A DNA stretch of 64,000 nt from an uncultured Candidatus Saccharibacteria bacterium (GTDB lineage Bacteria; Patescibacteriota; Minisyncoccia; Portnoybacterales; UBA2143), in NCBI GenBank assembly GCA_964596615.1, contig CAZQUN010000001.1:1750-65749 (forward strand), written 5' to 3'. The stretch's first letter is position 1. Every line of letters begins with the position of its first letter. Below, piece after piece: positions 10,125 through 19,793 of the stretch. The position numbers were made by a program, and so were the translations under genes. The notes under the pieces were generated by a model. It was not told where the DNA came from. It did no database searches and saw only the letters and a program-made list of their open reading frames with translations.

Positions 10125-11180
10125 TTATTCCTCATGCATACCGACATAAATCATTTTTGGATCATTAGGATCAATGGCGATAACCTTAATATTTCTCTGG
10201 CTGTTTAATCCATGGACAGTCCAGTTAATTCCCCGGTCAATACTCCGGTAAAGAACCGGACCGGCGCCATAATACAAATAGTCGGTATTATTATTTTCAA
10301 CAGTCAGACTTAAAACCGGCTTTGAATTAGGCGGCATAATAATATTGACTTCCTGCCAGGTATTCCCGCCATCTTTGGTCGTTAAAAGCCCGTATTCTGA
10401 CCCGGCATACAAGACACTAGGCCTTTTTGAATCAATAACCAGGTTTTCTACTCTTTCTGACTGGCGAAAGTCCTCTAACTTTTCCTCAAACGAAACCCAG
10501 TTTTTTCCTTTATCAAATGTTTTGTAAATACCTTTTTCAAAAGTGCTTAAATAAACAGTCCGGGTATCCTGAGGGTTAATGACAATGTCTGAAATAATAT
10601 CCTCAAACCATTTCATTGTTTCCCAGGATTTACCATAGTCAGTACTTTTAAGGAATCCGCCCTGGGCAGTACCGATATAGACTACGGCAGAGTCAAAGCT
10701 ATCAATCGCCACCGCAAAAACAGCAAATTTTTCTTTTGAGACAATATAGACTTCTTCCCATGATTCACCGCCGTCCTGACTTCTAAAAACTCGGCCTTTT
10801 TTATCCTGATAAACTCCGGCATAAATCCGGTCAGGATTTTTCGGGTCAATAGCAATATCGTGGACATTAGCCCGGGAAGAAAAAACTCCATTCTTATCTT
10901 CCAATCGATGCCAGTATTTCCCCTGGGAAAAACTTTTGTAAATTCCATTACCCCGGCTACCAAGATAAAGAATATCAGTATTATCCGGATTAATTGCTAT
11001 TGATAAAACATTCAAAGCAGTGATGGAAAGAGCATCATCTCTGATAGTTAAATGTTCCCAGCTTTCGCCTTGGTCAAGGGACTGATACAATCCGCCATCA
11101 GAAATTCTTTCCTGGCACTGAGTTGGTAAAAAAGCCAGAAAAGCAAAGACCGGAACAATAGCAAAAAGAGATTTTTTCAT
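10125..11180 (-). CDS. Exported BNR/Asp-box beta-propeller protein (YCF48/VPS10-like)
   Basis: Signal peptide; repeated SxDxGxxW Asp-box motifs. Confidence 0.8.
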   Translation of the reverse strand: MKKSLFAIVPVFAFLAFLPTQCQERISDGGLYQSLDQGESWEHLTIRDDALSITALNVLSIAINPDNTDILYLGSRGNGIYKSFSQGKYWHRLEDKNGVFSSRANVHDIAIDPKNPDRIYAGVYQDKKGRVFRSQDGGESWEEVYIVSKEKFAVFAVAIDSFDSAVVYIGTAQGGFLKSTDYGKSWETMKWFEDIISDIVINPQDTRTVYLSTFEKGIYKTFDKGKNWVSFEEKLEDFRQSERVENLVIDSKRPSVLYAGSEYGLLTTKDGGNTWQEVNIIMPPNSKPVLSLTVENNNTDYLYYGAGPVLYRSIDRGINWTVHGLNSQRNIKVIAIDPNDPKMIYVGMHEE

Positions 11181-12094
11181 ATTTCCAACATTAGAACTTC
11201 CAAAGCTAATCGAGCATTAATGCTCGGATTAACCAAAAGCCAGTCCGTTTTTTTAATTGATTGAATAATTTGTTTAAGTTTTAGAGTTGAATACGATTTC
11301 TGGTATTTAACTGATTCAGGATAAAGAGCCAAATCAGAACAACCGGCGTTTAATAAGATTAAATCTCTGAACCAAAAAATCCAGGTATTAAGAATCCGAC
11401 GAGCCAAAGGAATATTCTTTGATATTTCTTCAGCATACTGATATCTTCCATTCAAATCTGATTTCAAAACCTTTTCTAATTGAGAGATTATCTTTCCTTC
11501 TCTTTTTAAAAGTTCCGGGTTTTCTAAATATTCAACGGCTAATCTTGGCCGACCATTGGCCAAACGAACAATTTGTTTAATATCTCCTTTCTGACCTGAA
11601 AGCCCTTGCTTTATCTTATCGCTTGAAACAGGCAAGAAATTAACCAACTGACAACGGGAAACAATTGTTGGTAAAAGCTTTTTAGGAGCAGAAGTGATTA
11701 AAATCAAAACTGCTTTTCCAGTTGGCTCTTCTAATGTTTTTAATAGAGAATTACTTGCATCAGGTGTCATCATTTCCGCCCGATCAACTAAAGCAATCTT
11801 ATAGGGAGCAGAGTAGGGATACAAACTCATCTGATGAGAGATTTTTCTTCCTTGGGGAATTCCAATTTCTAATTCCTTTCTAATTCCATTTTTTTCAACA
11901 ATTTCCGGCTGAATAATTAAAACATCCGGATTAATCTTATTAACCCCCTGGCCATTAAGCATTTTAATAAACTCTTCGGCGACTGCCCTTTTGCCCAGAT
12001 ATGAAGGACCGGAAAATAAATAGGCGTGAGCAATCCGCCCGTTTTTAACACTTTTCTTCAAGAAATCCAAAACACGCTCATGACCAATAATCAT
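11177..12094 (-). CDS. holB: DNA polymerase III delta-prime subunit
   Basis: HAYLFSGP, NSLLKTLEEP, LLPTIVSRC. Confidence 0.9.
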   Translation of the reverse strand: MIIGHERVLDFLKKSVKNGRIAHAYLFSGPSYLGKRAVAEEFIKMLNGQGVNKINPDVLIIQPEIVEKNGIRKELEIGIPQGRKISHQMSLYPYSAPYKIALVDRAEMMTPDASNSLLKTLEEPTGKAVLILITSAPKKLLPTIVSRCQLVNFLPVSSDKIKQGLSGQKGDIKQIVRLANGRPRLAVEYLENPELLKREGKIISQLEKVLKSDLNGRYQYAEEISKNIPLARRILNTWIFWFRDLILLNAGCSDLALYPESVKYQKSYSTLKLKQIIQSIKKTDWLLVNPSINARLALEVLMLEI

Positions 12095-12100
12095 AGGGTT

Positions 12101-12129
12101 ATCTTATCATGTCCGAGGAAATATCACAA
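12101..12129 (-). promoter_or_regulatory. Probable leaderless promoter of the holB operon
   Basis: TTGTGA-17-TAAGAT (extended TG), then 6 nt to ATG. Confidence 0.55.
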
Positions 12130-12136
12130 CAAACCA

Positions 12137-12165
12137 TTGACAAGACCAGTGATAAGTGATATAAT
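12137..12165 (+). promoter_or_regulatory. Consensus sigma70 promoter for the small-ORF cassette
   Basis: TTGACA-17-TATAAT with extended TG. Confidence 0.8.
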
Positions 12166-12238
12166 ATAGGCAAGAAAATCGTACATTTACTTGAAAAGGT
12201 TTCGAAATACTAATCCAGACAAAGGAGGATATAATAAG

Positions 12239-12427
12239 ATGATAAAAAGACGATTGTTTGGGGCGTTTTTCGGGCTTTTAATAGCGTTGGGGATTAATCT
12301 TTTTACAGTCCCCGTTATAGATATGCCCGAATACGCCGTTTGGGAAGCAGAGGCCAAAATTGGAATGATTCTTTTCTACGCAGGAATTGCTCCAATTTGT
12401 TCAAAAATTTTTGAAAAAAATTACTAG
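12239..12427 (+). CDS. Small membrane protein (62 aa, ORFan)
   Basis: AAAGGAGG SD upstream; MIKRRLFGAFFGLLIALG..., two hydrophobic stretches. Confidence 0.6.
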   Translation: MIKRRLFGAFFGLLIALGINLFTVPVIDMPEYAVWEAEAKIGMILFYAGIAPICSKIFEKNY

Positions 12428-12438
12428 AGGAGAAAAAA

Positions 12439-12540
12439 ATGCAGACAAAAGCAGACAATATATTACACGGCATCATGTTCGCAGCTGTGACCTTGATGCT
12501 CGCGGCGGGGTTAGCCACAATACACTTTCCCGCCTGGTAA
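12439..12540 (+). CDS. 33-aa hydrophobic peptide (not in ORF track)
   Basis: GAGGAG SD; MQTKADNILHGIMFAAVTLMLAAGLATIHFPAW*; directly followed by a terminator. Confidence 0.5.
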   Translation: MQTKADNILHGIMFAAVTLMLAAGLATIHFPAW

Positions 12541-12545
12541 AATTC

Positions 12546-12592
12546 GGCCCCTCTAGGACACCAAAGTTCTAAAGTCCTAACGGGGCCTTTTA
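12546..12592 (+). terminator. Intrinsic terminator
   Basis: GGCCCC-TC-TAGGAC...GTCCTA-AC-GGGGCC followed by a T run. Confidence 0.65.
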
Positions 12593-13698
12593 TTTTCCTC
12601 AAGAATCCTTAAAACAAATTCCTTTATTTCCATCTCAAATCTTTCTGATGAAAATTTCTCAGCCCTTTTTCTAATTAGTATTGGGTTATAACTATTAACA
12701 TTGATTAATAATCGGCGAATTCCGTCAGCCAATGATTCCGTCGCCGGATCATCAAAAAACTCTCCAGTCACCCCCTCAATTATTGTTTCAATTGCCCCGC
12801 CTTTTCGATAAGCCAAAACTGGTTTGCCATAACTCATGGCTTCAACCGGAGCAATGCCAAAATCATCTTCACCGGGGAAAATAAAGGCCCGGCAATTTCT
12901 AAAATATTTCTTAGTAGTTTCATCTGATTGCCAGCCCAGAAACTTAATATTCTTCCTGGCCATTTTTTCCAGGTTTTTTCTTTCCGGTCCCTGCCCGATA
13001 ACGACTAAAGGCAATTCCAGCTTATTAAAAGCATCAACCGCTAAATCAATTCTTTTGTAAGGAGTTAATTGAGAGACGATTAGAAAGTAATCTTTGCCAG
13101 AAAGATTGTTATTCTCCAAAGCCTCTTCTCCTAAATCAACCGGTGGATAAATTACCTTTGACTTTTTGCCGTAATATTTTTTAATTCTTTGAGCGGTTGC
13201 TTTGGAGTTAGCGATAAAGTAATCGACCCGTTTGGCAGCTGACCGATCCCAAAGCCGGATATAGTGCATCATTAGACGAATGGCCAGATTAGTTAAAATC
13301 CCCTTTCTTTGTTGTTTAACATAATTAGCATAAGCATCCCAACCAAATCGCATTGGGCTATGGCAATAGCAAATATGGATAGATTTAGGCCGGGTAATAA
13401 CTCCTTTAATAAAACTACTTGAAGAAGAAATGACTAAATCAAAATCGCGTAAATCAATTGATTCTGGAGCAGTTGGCAGAAAAGGTAAAAGATATTTATG
13501 TCTTTTTCGCCAAAACCGGGGAAAGCCCTGAAGAAATGAAGTATTAACCCTATTGCCCGAAAAATATTTTCCCATTTTCTTCTTATCATAAAGCAGAGTA
13601 AAAGTCTCTGCCTGGGGAAAAATCTTTTTCAAACTTAAAAAGACCCTCTCGGCCCCTCCTAATCTGATTAAATAATCATGAACTAATGCAATTTTCAT
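12577..13698 (-). CDS. Glycosyltransferase family 4
   Basis: KIALVHDYL, GGAERV, EDDFGIAPVEAM. Confidence 0.92.
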   Translation of the reverse strand: MKIALVHDYLIRLGGAERVFLSLKKIFPQAETFTLLYDKKKMGKYFSGNRVNTSFLQGFPRFWRKRHKYLLPFLPTAPESIDLRDFDLVISSSSSFIKGVITRPKSIHICYCHSPMRFGWDAYANYVKQQRKGILTNLAIRLMMHYIRLWDRSAAKRVDYFIANSKATAQRIKKYYGKKSKVIYPPVDLGEEALENNNLSGKDYFLIVSQLTPYKRIDLAVDAFNKLELPLVVIGQGPERKNLEKMARKNIKFLGWQSDETTKKYFRNCRAFIFPGEDDFGIAPVEAMSYGKPVLAYRKGGAIETIIEGVTGEFFDDPATESLADGIRRLLINVNSYNPILIRKRAEKFSSERFEMEIKEFVLRILEENKRPR

Positions 13699-13763
13699 TT
13701 TACTTTACATAACTATGATAATATATTATCTTGTAACTAACAACTAAACAAAGGAGGTGTCTT

Positions 13764-14006
13764 GTGAATATAATAACCATTAAGCCTTTGTATGGGGATG
13801 AAATGAAAATAACAACCGATGGCGAACTCTGGGGATTCAGAGCAGGTGATAAAATTACGGATGAATCTCCGCACAACTCCTGGTACCAAAAAACAGTTAT
13901 CGTCAAAGGATTCAGTCTGAAAGGAAATGGTTTATGGGGACAAGCGAAAGGAGATCTGTTCTGTCTAATGGCTTTCCGACCCGACAATCTAGTTCGTTTA
14001 GAATAA
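13764..14006 (+). CDS. Hypothetical protein (ORFan cassette, 80 aa)
   Basis: AAAGGAGG SD before GTG; hairpin GGTCCG-GTAA-CGGACC at 14024-14039 downstream. Confidence 0.55.
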   Translation: MNIITIKPLYGDEMKITTDGELWGFRAGDKITDESPHNSWYQKTVIVKGFSLKGNGLWGQAKGDLFCLMAFRPDNLVRLE

Positions 14007-14055
14007 CCTCAAAACAGATAATAGGTCCGGTAACGGACCCGTTATTTCATTCCTC

Positions 14056-14083
14056 TTGACAAATTTACATAATTAAGTAAAAT
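14056..14083 (+). promoter_or_regulatory. sigma70 promoter
   Basis: TTGACA-16-TAAAAT. Confidence 0.55.
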
Positions 14084-14125
14084 GGTGATATTGTTCTTCT
14101 AACCACTAAATAAAAGGAGTTCTTT

Positions 14126-14302
14126 ATGATTGGTATCGGGCTAGTCTGTAGAAAGAGAAGGCCTCGGAGAGTCTTTTTGCCGAAAGACAAGAGTAGAGAG
14201 GAAAACACAAAAAATGGACAAGGTCTTCCATTTACCAAAATAAACACAACGCAGAAAAGGCTTCCAGCAAACCGACTTAAAACAGTAGAAAACGACTCCT
14301 AA
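14126..14302 (+). CDS. Possible 58-aa basic peptide (not in ORF track)
   Basis: AAAGGAG SD then ATG; MIGIGLVCRKRRPRRVFLPKDK...; could be a decayed remnant. Confidence 0.35.
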   Translation: MIGIGLVCRKRRPRRVFLPKDKSREENTKNGQGLPFTKINTTQKRLPANRLKTVENDS

Positions 14303-15354
14303 CTATTCGCTAGGACCCTAAGGGTTCCCTCAGCGCATTTTTGCCAGGAAAATCTCCTGGCATTTTTCTTTCCCTGACTGACTAATCTTTTCTTTAATTC
14401 CTTGTCATCAATAATCTTGTACATTGCCTGAGCAATTTGTTCAACATTATCCGGCTCCACCAGAATTGCTCCCTGACCGGCAACTTCCGGCATAGAGGAT
14501 ATATTGGAAGTTATGACCGGACAGCCAACCGCCTGGGCTTCTAAAATTGGGAATCCAAAACCCTCATAAAAGGATGGCAAAACAAAAGCATCGGCATTTT
14601 TTAAAAGATTCCATTTTTCATTTTCCTGAACATATCCTTTTTCAATAATATCACTTTCTTTTTTTTCTTGATACCCATAACCCTTTGACCCAACCAGAAC
14701 CAATTTATGCGACGCCTGATATTTCTTCTTAAACAAACTAAAGGCCTTAATTAATCCATTAATGTTTTTCTTGCTCTCCAGACGACCAATAAAGAGAAAA
14801 TATGGTTTTTCTGTTGATTGAGTCGGCATTAAATATTTTTCATCAGGAGCTTCAATTCCATGAGCAACAACTTCAATCTTATCTGGATTAATTTTATACA
14901 ATTCAACCAAATCCCTTTTAGTGCTTTCTGAAGGAGTAATAATCTTTCTGGCATTTCTTGAAGCATATTTAGTCGCCCATCTTAAATAGATTAAATGTTT
15001 TTTTGGATACAATTCGGGATAATATTCATATTCCAAACCCTGAATTGTAACAACCGAATTAGAAGGATGAATTAAAGGCAGAACATGAACAGGGATAAAT
15101 AAGATATCTGGTTTGTTAATTGCCATTTCTCCGGCTAACCTGATTTGAGTCCACATTGGCAAAGGCCATTTTAATCTTTTTAATTCAAAATTCTCCGGCA
15201 AGTCAATTTGGGAAGAACGATTGTTATACAAAAGAAAACGATGCTTTCTGGCTCCCTCCAGCATCGTTAGATGTTTAATTAATTGATGAGTATATTCCTC
15301 TACTCCTGTTCTCGGCTCTTTGAAAGCCGCAACAGCATTAATACCAATCTTCAT
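14299..15354 (-). CDS. Glycosyltransferase family 4
   Basis: TGVEEY, IGRLESKKN, PSFYEGFGFPILEAQ. Confidence 0.92.
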   Translation of the reverse strand: MKIGINAVAAFKEPRTGVEEYTHQLIKHLTMLEGARKHRFLLYNNRSSQIDLPENFELKRLKWPLPMWTQIRLAGEMAINKPDILFIPVHVLPLIHPSNSVVTIQGLEYEYYPELYPKKHLIYLRWATKYASRNARKIITPSESTKRDLVELYKINPDKIEVVAHGIEAPDEKYLMPTQSTEKPYFLFIGRLESKKNINGLIKAFSLFKKKYQASHKLVLVGSKGYGYQEKKESDIIEKGYVQENEKWNLLKNADAFVLPSFYEGFGFPILEAQAVGCPVITSNISSMPEVAGQGAILVEPDNVEQIAQAMYKIIDDKELKKRLVSQGKKNARRFSWQKCAEGTLRVLANS

Positions 15355-15355
15355 A

Positions 15356-16363
15356 CTATTTCTTGCTCATTATGCTTTTTTTGTAAACTTCTAAATGTTC
15401 CAAAGCCAGACCGGCTCCTTTGGCAACACAAAGCATTGGCTCTTTGGCTATTCGACAGGAAACACTCGTCTTTTCCGAGATAAGACCATCCAGGTTTTTA
15501 AGCAATGCTCCGCCTCCGGATAAAATCATGCCTCGGTCCATAATATCAGCAACAAGTTCAGGCGGCGTATCCCTTAAAACTGATTTAACCGTTTCAATAA
15601 TTTCTCTTAACTGTTCACCGATTGCTTCTGTGATTTCATTGCTCCTGACTTCAACTGTTTTAGGCAATCCATTAACAAAATCTCTTCCCTGGATTGTCAT
15701 GGCTAATTCTTCTCCCTGTGGAAGGGCGCTACCCAGTTTTACCTTGATCTTTTCAGCGGTTCTGTCGCCAATGGCTAAATTATGTTTCTTTCTGATAAAT
15801 TCACTAATGGCCTGGTCGAGTTTATCTCCGCCAACCCGGACTGAATCACAAGCAACAATCCCGCCCAATGAAATGACGGCCATTTCTGAAGTTCCGCCGC
15901 CAATATCAATAATCATATGACCAGCCGGCTGATTAATATTCAAACCAGCCCCAATTGCCGCCAAGACCGGCTCTTTGACAACATAGGCATTCTTGGCTCC
16001 GGCTTTAACCGTTGCCTCAACAACCGCTCTTTTTTCTGTTGAAGTAATCCCAGCTGGAACAGAAACCATAATATCAGGACGAAAAACCCGCCAGCGGCCT
16101 AAAACTTTGCCGATAAAATATCGGAGCATGGCCTCTGTTATCCGGTAATCAGCAATAACACCATCTTTCATTGGTCGATAAACCGCAACAATATCAGGCG
16201 CCCGGCCAAGCATTTCTTTAGCCTGATTGCCAACTGCCAAAATCCGGTTGTCCTCAACTGAAACCGCCACAACCGTTGGTTCATTGACAATAACTCCCTT
16301 TTTAGGGAGATAAACTAAAGTATTGGCCGTACCTAAATCAACTCCTATTTTCTTAACTAACAT
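15356..16363 (-). CDS. mreB: Rod shape-determining protein MreB/Mbl (copy 2)
   Basis: DLGTANTLV, RPMKDGVIADY, DIGGGTSE; lies directly after murA. Confidence 0.92.
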   Translation of the reverse strand: MLVKKIGVDLGTANTLVYLPKKGVIVNEPTVVAVSVEDNRILAVGNQAKEMLGRAPDIVAVYRPMKDGVIADYRITEAMLRYFIGKVLGRWRVFRPDIMVSVPAGITSTEKRAVVEATVKAGAKNAYVVKEPVLAAIGAGLNINQPAGHMIIDIGGGTSEMAVISLGGIVACDSVRVGGDKLDQAISEFIRKKHNLAIGDRTAEKIKVKLGSALPQGEELAMTIQGRDFVNGLPKTVEVRSNEITEAIGEQLREIIETVKSVLRDTPPELVADIMDRGMILSGGGALLKNLDGLISEKTSVSCRIAKEPMLCVAKGAGLALEHLEVYKKSIMSKK

Positions 16364-16367
16364 AAAT

Positions 16368-17627
16368 TTAACTAACTCTTTTAATATTCCCTCCTAATTC
16401 TTTAATTCGTTCCTCTATTTTTTCATAACCCCGGTCAATCTGATAAATATTGTCAATGGTTGATTCGCCTTTAGCCATTAACCCGGCAATAACCATGGCA
16501 ATCCCCGCCCTAATATCAGGACTGGTTAAATGTCGGCCAGACAATCCAGTCGGACCCTGGACAACAACCCGATGAGGATCGCAGATAATGATATTAGCGC
16601 CCATTTGATTTAGAATATCGGTATAGAAAAGACGGCCTTCAAAAATGGTCTCATGAACCAGAGACTGACCCCTGGCCTGAGTCATTAAAACAGTAAAAGG
16701 CGCCTGTAAATCAGTTGGAAATCCGGGATACTCATGAGTTCTAATATTAACCGCCTTTAATTCTTTAACTGGTTTTATCTTAACAAAATTTCTGCCAATT
16801 TCAAAATTAACTCCGGCTTTTTCAAAAAGAAACCAAAGAACTTCTAAGTGCTCCGGATTAAGGCCAACAACTTTAATCGGACTATTAGTCGCCGCGCCTA
16901 AAATAGCGAAACTGCCGGCTTCAATCCTATCAGGAATAATCCGGCATCGGCCGCCTTTCAAATACTTAACTCCTTCAATTTCAATATATGGAGTGCCGGC
17001 TCCTTTAATTTTCGCTCCGGATTGATTAAGATAATCAGCCAAAGCAACCACTTCCGGCTCACAGGCTGCATTAAAAAGATTTGTCTTTCCTTTGGCTAGG
17101 ACCCCGGCCAGCATCATTGTTTCGGTTGCCGTAACACTAACCAAAGGAAAAACAAATTTAGTTCCTTTTAATTTACTGGCTAAAAGAAAATATTCGTCTT
17201 TTTTCTCTTTAATTTTAGCGCCAAAAGACTTAAATCCATCAAGGAAGATATCTCTGGGGCGCTGGCCAATGACACAGCCGCCCGGCCTGGGAAAACTAGC
17301 CTGTCCGAACCGAGCTAGCAAGGGCCCAGTCATTAAAACAGAGCCTTTTAGTTTTCTGGCAATTTCTGGTTCTAAAGATGTCTTGTTAATTCCTTTGGCC
17401 GTAAGACGATAAATCCCTTTTGACTTTTTCTTGATTTCTACGCCAATGTCTTCTAATAGTTCTAATAAACGAAAAATGTCCTCAATTTGAGGAACATTGG
17501 AAATATGACATTCTTCATCTGTTAAAAGAGTTGCCGCTAAAATTTTCAAAGCGGCGTTCTTGGCTCCATTAACTTTAATTTCTCCTTTGAGCCGTTTCCC
17601 CCCTTTGATAACAAATCTCTCTGCCAT
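16368..17627 (-). CDS. murA: UDP-N-acetylglucosamine 1-carboxyvinyltransferase
   Basis: GAKNAAL, PGGCVIGQRP (catalytic Cys), PDRIEAG, PGFPTDLQ, DIRAG, IDRGYE. Confidence 0.96.
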   Translation of the reverse strand: MAERFVIKGGKRLKGEIKVNGAKNAALKILAATLLTDEECHISNVPQIEDIFRLLELLEDIGVEIKKKSKGIYRLTAKGINKTSLEPEIARKLKGSVLMTGPLLARFGQASFPRPGGCVIGQRPRDIFLDGFKSFGAKIKEKKDEYFLLASKLKGTKFVFPLVSVTATETMMLAGVLAKGKTNLFNAACEPEVVALADYLNQSGAKIKGAGTPYIEIEGVKYLKGGRCRIIPDRIEAGSFAILGAATNSPIKVVGLNPEHLEVLWFLFEKAGVNFEIGRNFVKIKPVKELKAVNIRTHEYPGFPTDLQAPFTVLMTQARGQSLVHETIFEGRLFYTDILNQMGANIIICDPHRVVVQGPTGLSGRHLTSPDIRAGIAMVIAGLMAKGESTIDNIYQIDRGYEKIEERIKELGGNIKRVS

Positions 17628-17665
17628 AGTATCTTTATCCTACCCCAGCCAACCATTTCTGACAA

Positions 17666-17708
17666 GAAAAAAGAGTCCCGAGAGTTCATTTTGAACCCTC
17701 GGGACTCT
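17666..17708 (-). terminator. Intrinsic terminator
   Basis: AGAGTCCCGAG...CTCGGGACTCT stem followed by a U-tract on the minus strand. Confidence 0.8.
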
Positions 17709-17834
17709 GGATTTCGGATTAGGTTAAGCTCCGATTTCCTTTTCTTTCTTCTCTAGGCGAAGGATAACATCGGAAACAATCTCCTTCAACGCTTTTAGGC
17801 TTTCGTCACCACCCTCTGTTCGGCGCCGCTCTAC

Positions 17835-18638
17835 TCATTGAATTACGTATTCCGGGCCGTGGAATCCTTCCAAAGAAACCGCCGGCATTGGCACCTTATT
17901 TCCCTCAACAAGGTTCAACAAGTTCCTGACTATTTCCTTTTCTGTCTTCCGAGCTAAATCATATCGCAACTTCGCCTCTAAAATTTTCTGTTGCTCCCCA
18001 AAGTACTCCTTGCCGGCCTCTGAGTCAATGACTTTATCCTTTCCCTTAGGCCATTTCTGATTAAATTGTTCGGCCAGTTCGTCATAAATTGATTCCGCCT
18101 TTGCTGTTTCTTCCTCGGCCCCGATTAAAGAGGCATTGATCTTGATAAGCGTCTCTTTAGCTTCTTGATTAAGAGCAAAAGATAGATAATGATAGAATTT
18201 CAGCGCCTCTTTACGACAAGAAAGAAGCATTTTCCCGAAACTTTCCTCTGAGATACCGCCATTAGAAGCAACAGTATGCATTTCTGAAATAAATTTTTCC
18301 ACATTTCGCTCATAAAAACTCAAAAGAACTTCGGGCTTGATTATTTCAGCAAGAACCGCTTCCCTCAATAGGTCTCTGATGTCAGTAGTATAAATACTGA
18401 CCTTGGGATTCTGCTTTTCATATTCGCTATAAGCGACATCTCTAGCATCGTAGTTCAAATAATTAAAGTAGGGTTTGCCGTCATCGTCATAGGAATAGTT
18501 GGATACTACACTAGCCGCCATTTTATAAACAACGGTCTTGGTAATATAGTAATCCAATAAACTCAATGCCAAAGGCCCGCCGCTGAAAAACAAAAAAACT
18601 ACCAAAATTGTTCCGATAATCAAACTTTTCTTTTTCAT
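17835..18638 (-). CDS. Exported/membrane-anchored hypothetical protein; frame continues past the TGA to 17724
   Basis: N-terminal MKKK + hydrophobic signal; own promoter and SD; 36 further sense codons after the TGA, ending just before the terminator. Confidence 0.65.
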   Translation of the reverse strand: MKKKSLIIGTILVVFLFFSGGPLALSLLDYYITKTVVYKMAASVVSNYSYDDDGKPYFNYLNYDARDVAYSEYEKQNPKVSIYTTDIRDLLREAVLAEIIKPEVLLSFYERNVEKFISEMHTVASNGGISEESFGKMLLSCRKEALKFYHYLSFALNQEAKETLIKINASLIGAEEETAKAESIYDELAEQFNQKWPKGKDKVIDSEAGKEYFGEQQKILEAKLRYDLARKTEKEIVRNLLNLVEGNKVPMPAVSLEGFHGPEYVIQ

Positions 18639-18692
18639 AATTCTCTTTCCTTTTCTGTTTTTGGGTTAAAATAAAATTGTTAAGGATGCCTT

Positions 18693-18751
18693 ATACTAAC
18701 ACAATAAATAAAATAAGTCAAGGTTGACGGCGCTCGTCTATATTGTATTCT
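18693..18751. promoter_or_regulatory. Back-to-back divergent sigma70 promoters
   Basis: Minus: TTGACT-17-TAGTAT (18721-18693). Plus: TTGACG-16-TATTCT, then 6 nt to ATG at 18758. Confidence 0.65.
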
Positions 18752-18757
18752 TAAAGT

Positions 18758-19741
18758 ATGACTAATAAGACCCGTCGGATTATTCTCTATCTGGCATTTA
18801 TCTTTTTTGTTCTGGTTGTTCCGCCAGTGCTTTTTTATGCCTGGGGATATAGCTTTGATTGGGAAAGTAAAAAGCCGGTTCTAACCGGCGGTCTTTACCT
18901 TAGATCAATTCCTAAAGATGCCCAGATTTTTCTTAATGACAAATCCAGAAAAGAAACTCCAACCTTTATTAAACGCCTTTCGCCCAAAGATTACCAAATC
19001 AGAATTGAAAAAGAAGGATTCCATTCCTGGCAAAAAAAATTAAAGATTGAATCAAAATTAGTTACCGAGGCAAAAAACATTCTTTTGATTCCAAATGAGA
19101 TTAAAATAGAGGAAATTGACCAGAAATTTCCAAATGTTTTTTCTCTGGATAATTATCTTAATCCTGAAGGACTTGATGAAGCCTTTTTTATCCAAAAACA
19201 AACTCAGATTCTTTACCAAACTGATTTAGACGGAACAACAGAACAAATTAGTTTAACTCCCCTGCCAAAAGGAAATTACCAGGTTTTTGTTTCGAATAAC
19301 AAAAGAGTGGCTGTATTGAATAATGCCAAAGAACTTTATTTATACAATCCAGAAACCAGAGCTTTTGAACTAATCAGCCGAGATGTTTCAGGATTAAAAT
19401 TTTCCAGCGATAATCAAAAACTTCTCTTTTATACCCCGAGTGAAATCTGGGTCTATTATCTAGAAGACATTTTTGAACAGCCTAATAAAAAAGCGGATGA
19501 AAAAGAATTAATCACCCGACTGAGCCAGAAAATATCAGAGGTTATTTGGTATAAAAACGACCACATTATTTTCTCAACTGGCCAGGATATTAAAATTACT
19601 GAACTGGACGGCCGTGACCAAAGAAATACCTTTGATTTAATCAAACTGAATTTTGAACAGATTGGGTATAATCCGGAAGATAAAGGTATCTATTTTTTCA
19701 AACAAGGCAAGTTGTCTAGATTTTTATTAGAAGAAGAATAA
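18758..19741 (+). CDS. PEGA domain-containing membrane-anchored protein
   Basis: N-terminal TM; SIPKDAQIFLN...TPTFI..LSPKDYQIRIEKEGFHSW PEGA pattern; propeller-like C-terminus. Confidence 0.8.
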   Translation: MTNKTRRIILYLAFIFFVLVVPPVLFYAWGYSFDWESKKPVLTGGLYLRSIPKDAQIFLNDKSRKETPTFIKRLSPKDYQIRIEKEGFHSWQKKLKIESKLVTEAKNILLIPNEIKIEEIDQKFPNVFSLDNYLNPEGLDEAFFIQKQTQILYQTDLDGTTEQISLTPLPKGNYQVFVSNNKRVAVLNNAKELYLYNPETRAFELISRDVSGLKFSSDNQKLLFYTPSEIWVYYLEDIFEQPNKKADEKELITRLSQKISEVIWYKNDHIIFSTGQDIKITELDGRDQRNTFDLIKLNFEQIGYNPEDKGIYFFKQGKLSRFLLEEE

Positions 19742-19765
19742 AAAAAGGCAGGATCTTGTCCTGCC
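19741..19765 (-). terminator. Intrinsic terminator between convergent genes
   Basis: GGCAGGA-TCTTG-TCCTGCC with an A run on its left (U-tract on minus). Confidence 0.65.
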
Positions 19766-19793
19766 CGATACTAGAGAGAACAGTATTATTCTC

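Noticed and set aside
6184-16000. Long antisense ORFs over the mreB genes and other short overlapping ORFs in the track
   Set aside because: They lie opposite or inside well-supported genes and show no motifs or start signals.
17835-17837. Genetic code 25/4 (TGA recoded) or selenocysteine
   Set aside because: Conserved genes such as mutM end at TGA and have no internal TGA; there is no redox motif or evident SECIS.
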